This document shows positions 23,584 through 35,265 of a stretch of 64,000 nt of DNA, piece after piece. The notes below the pieces were generated by a model. The model was not told the DNA's origin. It was given only the letters and a program-made list of their open reading frames with translations, and did not search any database. Both the position numbers and the translations under genes were made by a program. The stretch's first letter is position 1. Every line of letters starts with the position of its first letter. The DNA comes from Octopus vulgaris (Eukaryota), in contig OX597814.1 in assembly GCA_951406725.2 (NCBI GenBank), positions 113,088,001-113,152,000 of the forward strand, written 5' to 3'.

Positions 23584-25059
23584 ATGCGGGGACCAATTAA
23601 TCCAATGCGGGGTGCGGTTACCCCGGTTCATTTACGACCGGGGGCCCCACATTTAGGTATGCATGGAGGCATGCCCCAACCAGGAGTTAATGTTATTGGT
23701 GGAAGTTTCGCTGTACCTCTCGGCTATTCTCCCAACCATTCACCTATCAGAAGGCCCCGTTCTATGTTTAAAAGTGATTATTGCTCAACTCGAAAATTTC
23801 TCTTCTTTTTCATCTCTCTTGTCGTCGACTGTATTGATATCGGTGCTAACTGGTGGATTTACCAAGTTGTTCGAGACCATAAGGTCGGTCTGGTTTTCGG
23901 AACTTTCAGTGAAAATATTGTCTTGTCTTTTTACGCCTTCTCCATCATCGGGACAATTCTATCCATTCTGGAATGTCTCAATCTGCTATCGTTTTCTTGT
24001 AAGTGGTATTTCATTAATCCAGATATAGCCCTCGCTCTAACTCTTTGGCTCGAAGACATCCCACAGCTGGGGCTGAATGTATCTCTAGTTTATTGCAGAG
24101 AACGACCAGTATCACGGGCACAGTTTACAAGAGCAGTCTGTGGAATTATTGTCGTCATTTTCAAGCTTCTTGTCGTTTTGTCCCGCCATTGTGCCTGTTG
24201 TGGAAAAAAATTCTTAAAGTACTCCCACACAGACATAAATGAGAGGTGTCAATGGCGTGGCCGTTTACTATCCAGTGTCGTTCTAGTTGGTTTCGCCTTG
24301 GCTTTAGCGGAAGCATCCTATGTATTCAAGTACACGAAATACAACGAAGACAACTTCAGTGAAACACCGTTGAATATTCCAAAACCAATCATTGACGGGA
24401 GATGGGACGCCGATCGATATTTCTCCGATGTAAGTGTATATTTTAGTCCACCTCCTTTTCACCCTCACACTAAAATGGCAACCCAGCCGCACAGTGAATG
24501 GATTCGGATAGGCACCATATATGAATTTATGAGCTCCAAAAGTATTAACTTTGATTACTCCTTTACTGATGCCGGTCCCAATGGTGAACCTGCAACTTTG
24601 GCTTTTAAACAGGGTTTTCGTTCAGAATGTTACATTGTTGAACCGTACACAATGAATTTTAATTGGTCAGATATGTGTCTAGAAAGGGTTAACGAGACTA
24701 TACACAGCGTCCATTTCGTGTTCAAGTATCATATGGATGCCTTTACCACCATGGGACAAATATATTACAATTATGCTTTTTGTGAAGCCCCTCGATTTGG
24801 GGCCCGTAAGACAAAATCTTCGAGACAGTTTCGAATTCGACCGTTTTACTTTCAGACCCAAACAAGGAGTAAATGGTCGTCCTTTTTAGCATCACGCAAA
24901 TCACGTGTTCCTAAATGGATCTTTTATGACCGATACATACACATGATGCAAGATGTGAACGATATTTGGCGCACAGGGTACCACAACTGCCTTCCAACCG
25001 GAACAACTGCTCCAGTGTTAGATAAGTCACTAAGGCTAAACTGTACAGAGATCTTATAA
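23584..25059 (+). CDS. Uncharacterized 491-aa multi-pass membrane protein (about 5 TM, XK/TMEM26-like motifs, C-terminal ectodomain); CDS has no intron
   Basis: The only long non-repetitive ORF, with AAAATGC start context. Hydrophobic segments lie at about aa 72-93, 112-137, 147-170, 184-200 and 228-248. It has a VDCIDIGANWW motif in TM1, WLEDIPQL in TM3, HCACCG after TM4, and N-glycosylation sequons NFS, NWS, NET and NCT in the C-terminal half. Confidence 0.92.
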   Translation: MRGPINPMRGAVTPVHLRPGAPHLGMHGGMPQPGVNVIGGSFAVPLGYSPNHSPIRRPRSMFKSDYCSTRKFLFFFISLVVDCIDIGANWWIYQVVRDHKVGLVFGTFSENIVLSFYAFSIIGTILSILECLNLLSFSCKWYFINPDIALALTLWLEDIPQLGLNVSLVYCRERPVSRAQFTRAVCGIIVVIFKLLVVLSRHCACCGKKFLKYSHTDINERCQWRGRLLSSVVLVGFALALAEASYVFKYTKYNEDNFSETPLNIPKPIIDGRWDADRYFSDVSVYFSPPPFHPHTKMATQPHSEWIRIGTIYEFMSSKSINFDYSFTDAGPNGEPATLAFKQGFRSECYIVEPYTMNFNWSDMCLERVNETIHSVHFVFKYHMDAFTTMGQIYYNYAFCEAPRFGARKTKSSRQFRIRPFYFQTQTRSKWSSFLASRKSRVPKWIFYDRYIHMMQDVNDIWRTGYHNCLPTGTTAPVLDKSLRLNCTEIL

Positions 25060-25196
25060 AGTTTATCAACAAGGACAACCTCAGCAAAAACAGCGACTAT
25101 AACTACCGAAAGAAGAAAAACGACGAAAGATCATATATATATAATATGGTTATAAGGAAAAGAGGACTGCATTTGATATTTATTGGATTAATCAGA

Positions 25197-25202
25197 AATA
25201 AA
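25197..25202 (+). terminator. Proximal AATAAA polyadenylation signal candidate (others at 25470, 26266, 31050)
   Basis: The hexamer lies 138 nt after the stop codon. Its usage cannot be determined from sequence. Confidence 0.35.
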
Positions 25203-25643
25203 ATGGTGCTGTTTAGAAACGAATCGAAATGCAAAAGAGTTATTCGCAATTTGAGGTTATTGAAGTGATTGCCTTGGAAGGAATAATATTTATGTCATGG
25301 CAATTGAAGTTGAAAACCAGTTCCAGATAAATCATCATCATGGTTATAATCAAACCAATTAATGTTATATGCCAGTACATATATATATATATGTATATAT
25401 ATATATATGTATTGTATGTATATATATGTATGTATATATGTATAAGTGAGACAGCTGATGCGATAGTTAAATAAAAAACGATGTATGATCACTGTTAGCA
25501 CCGACTACAATATCGATGAAAATCGATATTTATTGAAAGTTGAGTCGCGGTCTTTGAATCGCTTCGATTGTACTTTGAAAGGTAAATATTTTTGCAATAT
25601 ATATATATAAATATATATGTGTGTATATATATATATATGTACG

Positions 25644-25707
<64 letters not shown>

Positions 25708-25731
25708 TATATGTATATGTATATATATATG

Positions 25732-25767
<36 letters not shown>

Positions 25768-25785
25768 TATATATATATAAATATA

Positions 25786-25830
<45 letters not shown>

Positions 25831-27182
25831 GTTGTATATGTGTGTGTTGGAGTATCTTTTATTCTCATTGAACAGAGTGAAAATCGATTACAATTGATCG
25901 ATTATTAAACCGATCAATGTCTGTACAGGCTGGCTCAAATTACAGGATTAGCGCCAACAAATTCCTGAACGAAGGATCACAATTATTTTCTGGTGGAATA
26001 ATCTGTCAACTTTCATCTTTCTTGTACGTTTTTGTCTTCTTTAAACTGTTCACTATCCATTTTTAATAGTTCCTTATCAGCTTTTGATAACAACTTACAC
26101 GGTAAAAATTTCATTTTTATATGTTTTATATCTACTTGTTAATCTAAGAACGAAATTCAACTCAGACATGACACCCAGATTTGTGATAAATGGAGAAATT
26201 TCTTATATTCTTCACATCCGGGTTGAACAATTTTTCATTGGTATTTTCTTAATTTAACCAAAAGGAATAAAAAAAATCTTGGAGTTGTACCTGTTTAAGA
26301 AGTGACTTGAATTGAGACAGTATGTTGAAATTTAAGCAGCTACACCACAGAAAGGCCATTTAATAACACATAAAACTGGTGAATTCACTTCAGGTTCATA
26401 AACTGTTAAGATTTTCGTCGCACATCTGCGATATGATCAGTAATAGCTACAATAACACCGTGGCAGTGTTGGGTGTCGAAAATATCGAACCTCATGAAAT
26501 ATATTTAAATTTGAATCGAATTTAACAAATTTGTGTGATATTCAATAGCTTTTCCACGGTGTAATTGCAAAAAAAGAAAAGAAAAGAAGAGACCTATAAA
26601 AAACCCCTTTTTCCTTTTTAATGTCTAAGAAGCAACTTTATTAATTAAAATTTTTTTTTATGCAATTTTTGTCACAGAAATGTTTTTTTTCAAAATGGAA
26701 GCAGTTGGCGAGGTGTGACACGAAAGATATTTCATTATATGCCATAATGAGCGAAGTAAAATATACGTCCATACATCACTATCGATATTGATTCAGCATC
26801 TGTTTTTGCTTGGTTGTTTTTCAACAGAAAAAAAAAGAAAAAAATTCCAAAAAGTTATTTTATTCTTGTTTATGCTTATTCCATTTTTTCTTTCTGTTTT
26901 CCATGTTTTTACTGTTCTTGATGTGGTCACGTTTAATAGCTCTGTGACAAATATATTTATACGAGGACATTATTACAATATAATGAACGGGACACAGTTT
27001 ATTTGTCATTTGCAAATATACTCGTTCCAGGCATAGTTACCTACATTTATATTTTGTCCTTGTATATATGTATGTATGCATGTATGCATATGAGTGTGTG
27101 TGCCTGTGTGTTATGCATGTATATATATATGCATATACATATACATATACATACATACGTACATATATATATATATAAAATA

Positions 27183-27234
<52 letters not shown>

Positions 27235-27391
27235 GGGTGAAATATAATTAATTTAATAAAATCAACAAATTTCACCTAGTAGCACTTCGGTGGCTGCTAT
27301 TTCTAAAATTTTCGGTATGTGGTCAAGCAACTTGTTGCAAATACCCTTATTGTTATAATTATATATATATATAATTATATATATATATATT

Positions 27392-27457
<66 letters not shown>

Positions 27458-27460
<3 letters not shown>

Positions 27461-28122
27461 TATTTTTTTTTATGGAGGCAACACATGCGGAGTCTAAAAG
27501 AACATAATTAAAATACACATTCGAAACTGATATAGATATATATATTCTTTATAAAATGGGAATAAAAATTCCAAAATACATAAATATACATAAATAGACA
27601 AATGCCGATGCAATACATAAAACACGATTGAATTTAAGAAAAATTTCTTTTGTAAGTACATTTAAAATTATAATACTTTAGTACGATGACGGTTTGTCCG
27701 GTCCTCGTATGTAGATGTGTGTTCGAACTTTGTGTAACATTCTGATGAGGGGAATGCTATAATAATATGAAATATGTCATATACCATGGCACATCTCTGA
27801 AACGACCTGTAGATGTAATCACTATATTTTTTCTTTCGCTGTTTTTAGTATGTCTCTTTATTATTTAAGCATCTCAAGAAAAAATTTTTAATTTCATCAT
27901 ACTAAGTATTATAATTTTAAATGTAATTACAAAAGAAATGTTTCTTTAATTCAATCGTGTTTTATGTATTACATTGACATTTGTCTATTTATGTATATTT
28001 ATATATTCTGGGATTTTTATTTGCATTTTATAGAGAATATATATATTTATATAAGTTTCGAATGGTGTATTTCAATTATGTCCTTTTAGACTCCACATGT
28101 GTTGCCTCCATAAAAAAATATT
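27458..28122 (+). mobile_element. Penelope-type fold-back element: ~230-bp inverted arms (27458-27689 / 27895-28122) around a hammerhead-containing spacer, between (TA)n tracts
   Basis: The left arm TATGGAGGCAACACATGCGGAGTCTAAAAG... is the reverse complement of ...CTTTTAGACTCCACATGTGTTGCCTCCATA. Confidence 0.8.
27737..27816 (+). ncRNA. Type I hammerhead ribozyme motif
   Basis: Stem I ACATT/GATGT, core CTGATGA (27742-48), extended stem II GGGGAATGCTAT...ATGGCACATCTCT, GAAAC (27799-803), stem III AC/GT, cleavage triplet GTA (27809-11). Confidence 0.75.
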
Positions 28123-28210
28123 ATTTTGAATATAGCTCACAACGAGTTCTACTTCTTCCTGTCTGTATATTAATGGGAGTTATTGTTAACATTAACAAGC
28201 TCTAAAATAA

Positions 28211-28279
<69 letters not shown>

Positions 28280-28415
28280 ATGTGTGTATATATATGTATA
28301 TATATATACATACATACACACATATATATACACATATATATATATGTATTCATGTTCGAGCTTATTGTTCCCTTATGGCCAGATGTTTCAACTCTCGTTT
28401 CTACGGAGAAGACTC

Positions 28416-28465
<50 letters not shown>

Positions 28466-28739
28466 TATTAGACATTTATGCATTTTTCTATGTATGTAAT
28501 CAAAAATTAATTACTTCCGATTCTGTTTCAGCAACTTCTCGTCTGCGATGAAATGTTATCGATCTTGATCAATTTCCAATCACCTTCGTTTCTCTTCATC
28601 TATTTACAATGACCTTTCTTTAATTTGGTGCAATCGATTCCATTAATTATATGAAAATTTCTCTTCTGCTTGATCCAAATTAAAATATCATAATCGTGAT
28701 CATTATTATCACTGCCTTCATCTTCATTGTCACCATACC

Positions 28740-28781
<42 letters not shown>

Positions 28782-28785
<4 letters not shown>

Positions 28786-28941
28786 GCAAGAGTTGATGGA
28801 TTGGTAGACCGCTGGGCAAGTATGTTCGATATCTGAATGTTATTGGTGTTATCAAGCTTGACAAATATGGCGTCAAATACTCTTTCTTCACTGCCAAAAT
28901 TCTCCTCAGTATGTTGATGCCATTTGTCTGACCATCTTCCA

Positions 28942-28945
<4 letters not shown>
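28782..28945 (-). mobile_element. Extreme 3' end of a Dong/R4-like LINE within (TAA)n
   Basis: ..GINILRRILAV.. resembles the Dong terminal GT..ILRR.L motif (compare GTSLVLRRALSM at 13308). It is flanked on both sides by TTA arrays. Confidence 0.55.
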
Positions 28946-29008
<63 letters not shown>

Positions 29009-29162
29009 ATTATTATTATTATTATTATTATTGATATTATTATTATGTCTAACATACATCGCTTGTTGCTGGAGGTGTCATTACCGTAACGTCCTTAATG
29101 ATTTTCTTAATATAAAAAACCCTTTGTGGTTAATAAAAAAAATCACCACCACCACCACCACC

Positions 29163-29194
<32 letters not shown>

Positions 29195-29424
29195 TTATTT
29201 ATTCATTTTAGTTGTCTTGATTTTATTGGGTGCTGTTGTTAATCACGGCTTTGCGTACCCTGGGTACCTTCAGTGTTTTGTGTTTTCCAATGTGCTAGAA
29301 TTAATCTATATTAAACATGCTTGTACTGTTATTTTATGCGTGTTGGATATGCGCAAATCTTGGTGATGGTGATGGGCATATATGAATTTTTTCTGTCATT
29401 CTCATTGGTACGTATCCCACAGAT

Positions 29425-29821
29425 CAGTCACGGGCAAACTGCAGCCCGCGGGACTTTCTGAATGGCATGCCTGACGAAAAGTTACCTACAAGCTTTTAGT
29501 AGTGCGGCCTAACATGTCTCATGCAACCCGCCTATCTCATCCGGCCCACCATGTCTCATGCGGTCCGCCGTGTCTCATTTGGCCTGCCATATCAAATCCG
29601 GACTGCCATGTCTCAATCGGTCCGTTATGTCTCATTCGGCCCACCATGTCTCATCCGGCTCGCCATGTCCCATGCGGCTCGCCATGTCTCATGCAGCCCC
29701 CATGTCTCATGCGTCCCGCTATGTCTCATGAGGCCCACCATGTCTCATGAGACCCGCCATGTCTCATGCGGCCTTCCATGTCTCTTACGGCCCGCTTCTC
29801 GAGGAAGCTTGCTCATGCCTG
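29425..29821. mobile_element. hAT (Charlie-type) MITE with an internal 19-bp tandem array
   Basis: Ends are CAGTCACGGGCAA ... TTGCTCATGCCTG, with TSD CCACAGAT / CCATAGAT. About 15 copies of GCGGCCCGCCATGTCTCAT lie at 29503-29795. Confidence 0.85.
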
Positions 29822-29959
29822 CCATAGATAGATACCTTAAGAACGAGACTATAATGACCCCTGCTTGTGCTCAATCGCTGTTTTTTTTTATTGTTGTAAG
29901 TTTTATTTTATATAATTTATTTTTCTATTTCCAATCCACACGTTGTGTATATATTGGCT

Positions 29960-30215
29960 TTAAATTTTTGCACAAGACCAGAAATTCCGGGGGGCGGTGA
30001 GGTTGTAAATCGATTACATCGACCCCAGTGTTCAGCTGGTACTTATTTTATCGATCCCGAAATGATGAATGGCCAACTCGACCCGGCGGCGTTTGAACAC
30101 AGGACATAAAGTCGACTTTGCCTTTCATGAGTCGATAAAATAAGGACCAGCTGAACATTGGGATTGATTAGCACCCCCACCAAATTTTAGGCCTTCTGTT
30201 TATAATAGAAAGGTT
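29960..30215. mobile_element. Two SINE family B fragments in opposite orientation
   Basis: A minus-strand unit at 29960-30108 is joined to a plus-strand unit at 30109-30215. Confidence 0.65.
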
Positions 30216-32153
30216 TATTCGTATTATCGCCATCATCTTTATTGTTATATGCTACGACATGATAAAATATAAAGATCTACTTCATAAACCGACACACTCC
30301 GACACATTAAGTGGTGTCTATGCTAATCGATAAAATACGTATGTTGTCCAATGTGGTTCATGGTAAGCTCAGTGTGTTGTGTTCATGACGTTGTCTTGTG
30401 TGAGATATGAAGAAATGGATGGAGACTGTGGCGTAACAGAATATAAATGAGTCTATTTTCGAACTATTATATTCATTGAATGTTAGATAAAATGGTTGTT
30501 TATCTTCAGTTCAGTCATTTAATTATCGGGAAATTACTTCAGTAACCAGCAAATTACACTGACCTTAGATTTTAATAGAGCTATTTTCAAAGTCATTAAC
30601 GACTTTCTAAACCTGTTTTATCATTTACTTCTGGAGAAGAAGCAGCCATTTTCGTTCACTGAATGATGTTGTTTTTGTTATTTTTAAGTTTGACCTTCAA
30701 CGTCGATAAAAGTTAGACAGTTTTACCAGTTTTGTTTGTTTGTTTTTTTTTTCCTTTTTTGTTTGCACAGAAGTTTTTTTTCTTTCATTGTCAGTTACGA
30801 ACGATCAATCAATTGAATTCTCACTTTCTTTTTTTTTGTTTCGTTTTTATTTGATTGCTGATTTATCTGGTGAGATAAACGTCGACTGAACAAACTGATA
30901 AATAGTTTTGATTCCCGAGAACTCATTGTTCTGCGATGGAATTGATGAGGCTTAAGAGAATTTCAGTGAAAAATCTGATCGATACTCTCTTATTCACACC
31001 AGACGAAACCATATCGAAAAATAAGAGCTTGAATGGGTTAAATTCTGTAAATAAATGCATCAATCATGTATCCATTGTTGTGAAGCGTCTTTCTTGTTTG
31101 TTATATTTCATTTATTTTGCCCTTTCTGTTCATTTTAATGCATGACAACAAAGTATGTTTAGCTTGGAATGTGTGTTTGTAAAATGTTGATTGGTTTTGT
31201 CACAAAAAATAATGAAAAAAATAACCTACAATTACAATTACTTTATCATCATCGTTACCTCTTATAGTCGCTCCTCTCGATACAATAATTATCATTTTCA
31301 TTTCATAGGAATATGAAACAGAGTCAAATTAGATATTTCGGAAAAAAAATGTCCGTTTTTCAAAAACTGTCTATATTTCCAACCAGCATTGTAGAATTAA
31401 CAGCATTATAGGCCCTGAATAAAGCAATGTCCTGGAGCCTATAGTGTTTATTAATTGACAGAAAGCTGCAGCATACCTAGCATTGGGCTTCCCTTTGAAC
31501 TATGGGTCCCTCAGTCAACTGACCGGTGTATTCATGCCTACAAGTAGCACTGTTCACCCGATGATAAATTTCGAATCTGTTTCAAGCTGATTGACGACAC
31601 AGAAATGTCCAGTGTTTTTTGTGGTAAATCTTCATGTTGCTGATCAATATGCCTCTATGGTAAAAAACAATGAACAACTGATTATTGCATTAATTAGTTA
31701 TTCTATTATAAAGCACAGTATCTATAGGCTCAGCTGTAAGGGAACTTCTGCGGAATCACTCGACATAGAGAAATAACAACCAAACTTTCTTCAAATCACA
31801 CACTGATATTGCGTTAGGAGACGTGAGACATATTAGAAAGTGCAGTCCTAGGTGAGTTGTGCATGAAAAAAAAAAATGACTGATCATAGGTCTATTGAGT
31901 CAGCGTTAACCTGTGGTTTAAACAACACAATTATACAAGGACAAGTCAATAACGGCTCAAAACAAACAGCTTCCTATGCCACACATCACACATCAGCCCC
32001 CAAAACCCAGCAATCTGAAAGTCTACGCTTAAATATGACATCATATCTATGTCTTTCATACATCAGACATTATTTATTATCAAAAACTCTATATTGTTGA
32101 AATAACGTGGTACTATTATTACGAATGTTGATAGAAGAGTATATATATATATA

Positions 32154-32345
32154 GGGAGAATTCACAAAAAACAAAAGACGAAGACAGGTGGTGTAGACAA
32201 CAAACAGATGTATTAGTATAACGCTTGGGAAGTGAAAAAGTTTTTAACGTTTCGAGCCTACGCTCTTCCACAGGAAGGAACACAGAAAGAAACAAGTAGA
32301 GAAAATAAAATAATGTGTAGTGGCTAGCGATCTATCATGGCGAAT
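32154..32345 (-). mobile_element. Penelope-like pLTR family with a variant hammerhead (paralog of 60895-61090)
   Basis: It is the reverse complement of 60895-61090, contains CTGTGGA-A-GAGC gtag GCTC-GAAACGTT, and ends in (TA)n. Confidence 0.75.
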
Positions 32346-32472
32346 GCCGGACAGAAGGGTCACACAGGAGACCTAGGGAGAAAGGGAGATAATAAAGCAG
32401 TGGTGATCCAAAAACGAAGGTGCGCGTGCGTGTGTATGAGAGTTTGTATTATGCGCGTGTGGAAGAGGGCTG

Positions 32473-32512
<40 letters not shown>

Positions 32513-32517
32513 TTGCA

Positions 32518-32620
<103 letters not shown>

Positions 32621-32791
32621 TTATGAACATACTTGCTAAGAGTGGGGTGGAATGCGAATGCATAAAGGGCCACTTGGTAGTTACGGTTGACCTGGTCTTT
32701 AACAACACCGACAGCAAGTTCAGGTTCAATGCTAGAGGAAGTCTCAAAATAAATAGCTTGGAAAAGGTCTAAACGCCACAAATACCCACTT

Positions 32792-32825
<34 letters not shown>

Positions 32826-32834
<9 letters not shown>

Positions 32835-33024
32835 TCTTTTTTTACTAAAGGCATGAGGTCTGAAATTTTGGGGAGGGGTGGCTAGTCGATTATATCGATT
32901 CCAGTGCATAACTGGTACTTATTTCATCGATCTCGAAAGGATGAAAGGCAAAGTCAACCTCGGCAGAATTTGAACTCAGAACGAAAAGACGGATGAAATA
33001 CCTGTAAGCATTTTTGCCCGACGT

Positions 33025-33027
<3 letters not shown>
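32826..33027 (-). mobile_element. SINE family B, truncated at a TAA array
   Basis: GTCGATTATATCGATTCCAGTGCATAACTGGTAC...GAATTTGAACTCAGAACG. Confidence 0.8.
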
Positions 33028-33079
<52 letters not shown>

Positions 33080-33082
<3 letters not shown>

Positions 33083-33636
33083 GCCCTGATGCAGTACCAG
33101 GCAATGGCTCTCATGGTTTCTGATCTTAACTGATTGGAAGTGTTATCATGTACATTGTTTTGTCTTGGTATAAAAGATGGGCTACAGCAAATATTCTGCT
33201 CAATACCACAGATTTGCTTGTCAGTTGTTTGACCTTAACCAGTTGAGCATGTCCCTTAGTGGCTGACGATATGTGCATCTCTGATCACGAGCAGAAGTAG
33301 TGGGGGAGCATCATAGCCATGTGTTGAGAGGGATTCTTTGGGGTTTGAATAATTCACCTCTGGAAACATGGGTGGTTCTTTCAACATCCTTAAACAACCC
33401 TTATTCAGGGACCGCTTGAGCGGGATGGGCTACTCAACCTGAAGAAAATTCTAACTGGGCCCCACCTGCAAGGTCATGTGCTGTTTATCTTGATATGAGA
33501 TCACCATGTCGCGCACATATGGTTGTGATGCATGTGCCTGGTGTACCCTTATCAGACGGGTAGTCATGATGGGTATATTGGGCTTCGTATATTTTACCCC
33601 AGTGTCACTTTGATGGCATGAACTGCTCTCTCACTC

Positions 33637-33637
<1 letters not shown>
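33080..33637 (+). mobile_element. ~560-bp non-coding retroposon (probable LINE 3' UTR) inserted in (TAA)n
   Basis: A GC-richer block precisely bounded by (TAA)n on both sides, with no ORF. Orientation is inferred from the TAA tail. Confidence 0.55.
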
Positions 33638-33723
<86 letters not shown>

Positions 33724-33933
33724 AATGATAATAAAATTAATATTAATTCTCAAAAACATGAATTTCTTTGTGAATAACAAGAGCTAATCCATTTTAAAGA
33801 ATCGATAATTATCAACAGAACGGCTGCATTGATTTTAAATCGCATAATTAGCATCGAGGTTTTAAGATGAGCACCACACAATGTCACGTGAGACATTTTA
33901 AAACTACATAAATTATATGTATATATATGTGTG

Positions 33934-34006
<73 letters not shown>

Positions 34007-34153
34007 ATATATATGTATGTATATATAACTATATGTATTTGTATGTGTATATATACATGCATATATGTATATGTGTATATATGGATATATGTGCATATAT
34101 ATGTGTATATATGTATATATATGGGTGTGTATATATGTATATATATATATGTT

Positions 34154-34202
<49 letters not shown>

Positions 34203-34382
34203 CCTGCATCTACTTTGATGCGATTGATTATCTCCCCATCTCAAGGCCAGTGTTTGAAGTTTTATTATTAATTTTTTTTTGTTTTTAGTTACTCTGGTAC
34301 ACGGAGAGATAATCTGTCACTGGGTTAAAATAGGATAGGAAAAGAGAGAAAGAGAGGGAGAAACGCAGAGAGGCAAGAGTGG

Positions 34383-34418
<36 letters not shown>

Positions 34419-34764
34419 GAGAGAGAGGGAGAAAGAGAGAGAGAGATTAGTGGGTGAATATATTTAGTCAAAACTTAATTCTAAGCGGATTCGTTGGGAT
34501 TCTGGGTGGTGTTTTTTTTCTGTTTTCAAAAGTCGATTATTAACTAACCTTATGATCTCAAATAAGGTTACTTGTAGGTTATGTAGAGGAAGTGGTAGTG
34601 GTGGTGGTGGTGGTGTCGGCGGCAGCGGCGGCGGTGGTGGTAGTCGTGTTTGTATTAAAAAAACACAGTGACGAAATAGCGATACTGAGAAAATATCAAT
34701 TGTAACGTAAGAGAGAAGACGCCGCTGGGGAGTGTGCCTTGTTGGTGCACTACGTTGAAAAAAA

Positions 34765-35110
34765 CTTTTTTGTCGAATGTTTCGACCCTTGGACTTATTT
34801 TAAAAAATCTGGTACTTATTTTATAGGTGCCTTTTTGCCGAACCGCTATTTTACGGGGATGGAAACACACCAGCGTGGGTTGTCAAGCGGCGGTGGTGGG
34901 TGTCAAATACGGACACAAAGATGCATACACACCTACCGCCCCCTTCCACACAAACAGAGTTTTCTTTCAGTTTCCATCTACCAAATCCACTCACAAGGCT
35001 TTGGTCGGTTCGAGGCTATAGTAGAAGACATTTGTCCAAGGTTCCACGCAGTGGCACTGAACCCGGAACCATGTGGTTGGGCAGTGAACTTCTTACCACA
35101 CAGCCACGCC
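34765..35110 (-). mobile_element. SINE family A
   Basis: Colinear with 165-565. Confidence 0.8.
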
Positions 35111-35209
35111 TTCACTCCACCTCTCTCTCAGTCTTTCCCTCTCAGTCTCTCTCTCCCTCTTTCAGTTTCTCTCTCTTTCTCTCTCTCAGTCTTTCTCTGT
35201 CTGTCTCTC

Positions 35210-35261
<52 letters not shown>

Positions 35262-35265
<4 letters not shown>

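Noticed and set aside
23663-24861. Short alternative-frame and antisense ORFs overlapping the 491-aa CDS
   Set aside because: They are shadow ORFs of the real coding sequence with no independent support.
29503-29795. CRISPR-like regular array
   Set aside because: The units are contiguous 19-mers without unique spacers, inside a eukaryotic hAT MITE, with no cas genes.
31384-31552. Possible hAT MITE (CAGCATTGTAG...GTAGCACTG)
   Set aside because: The terminal match is weak and there is no recognisable TSD.
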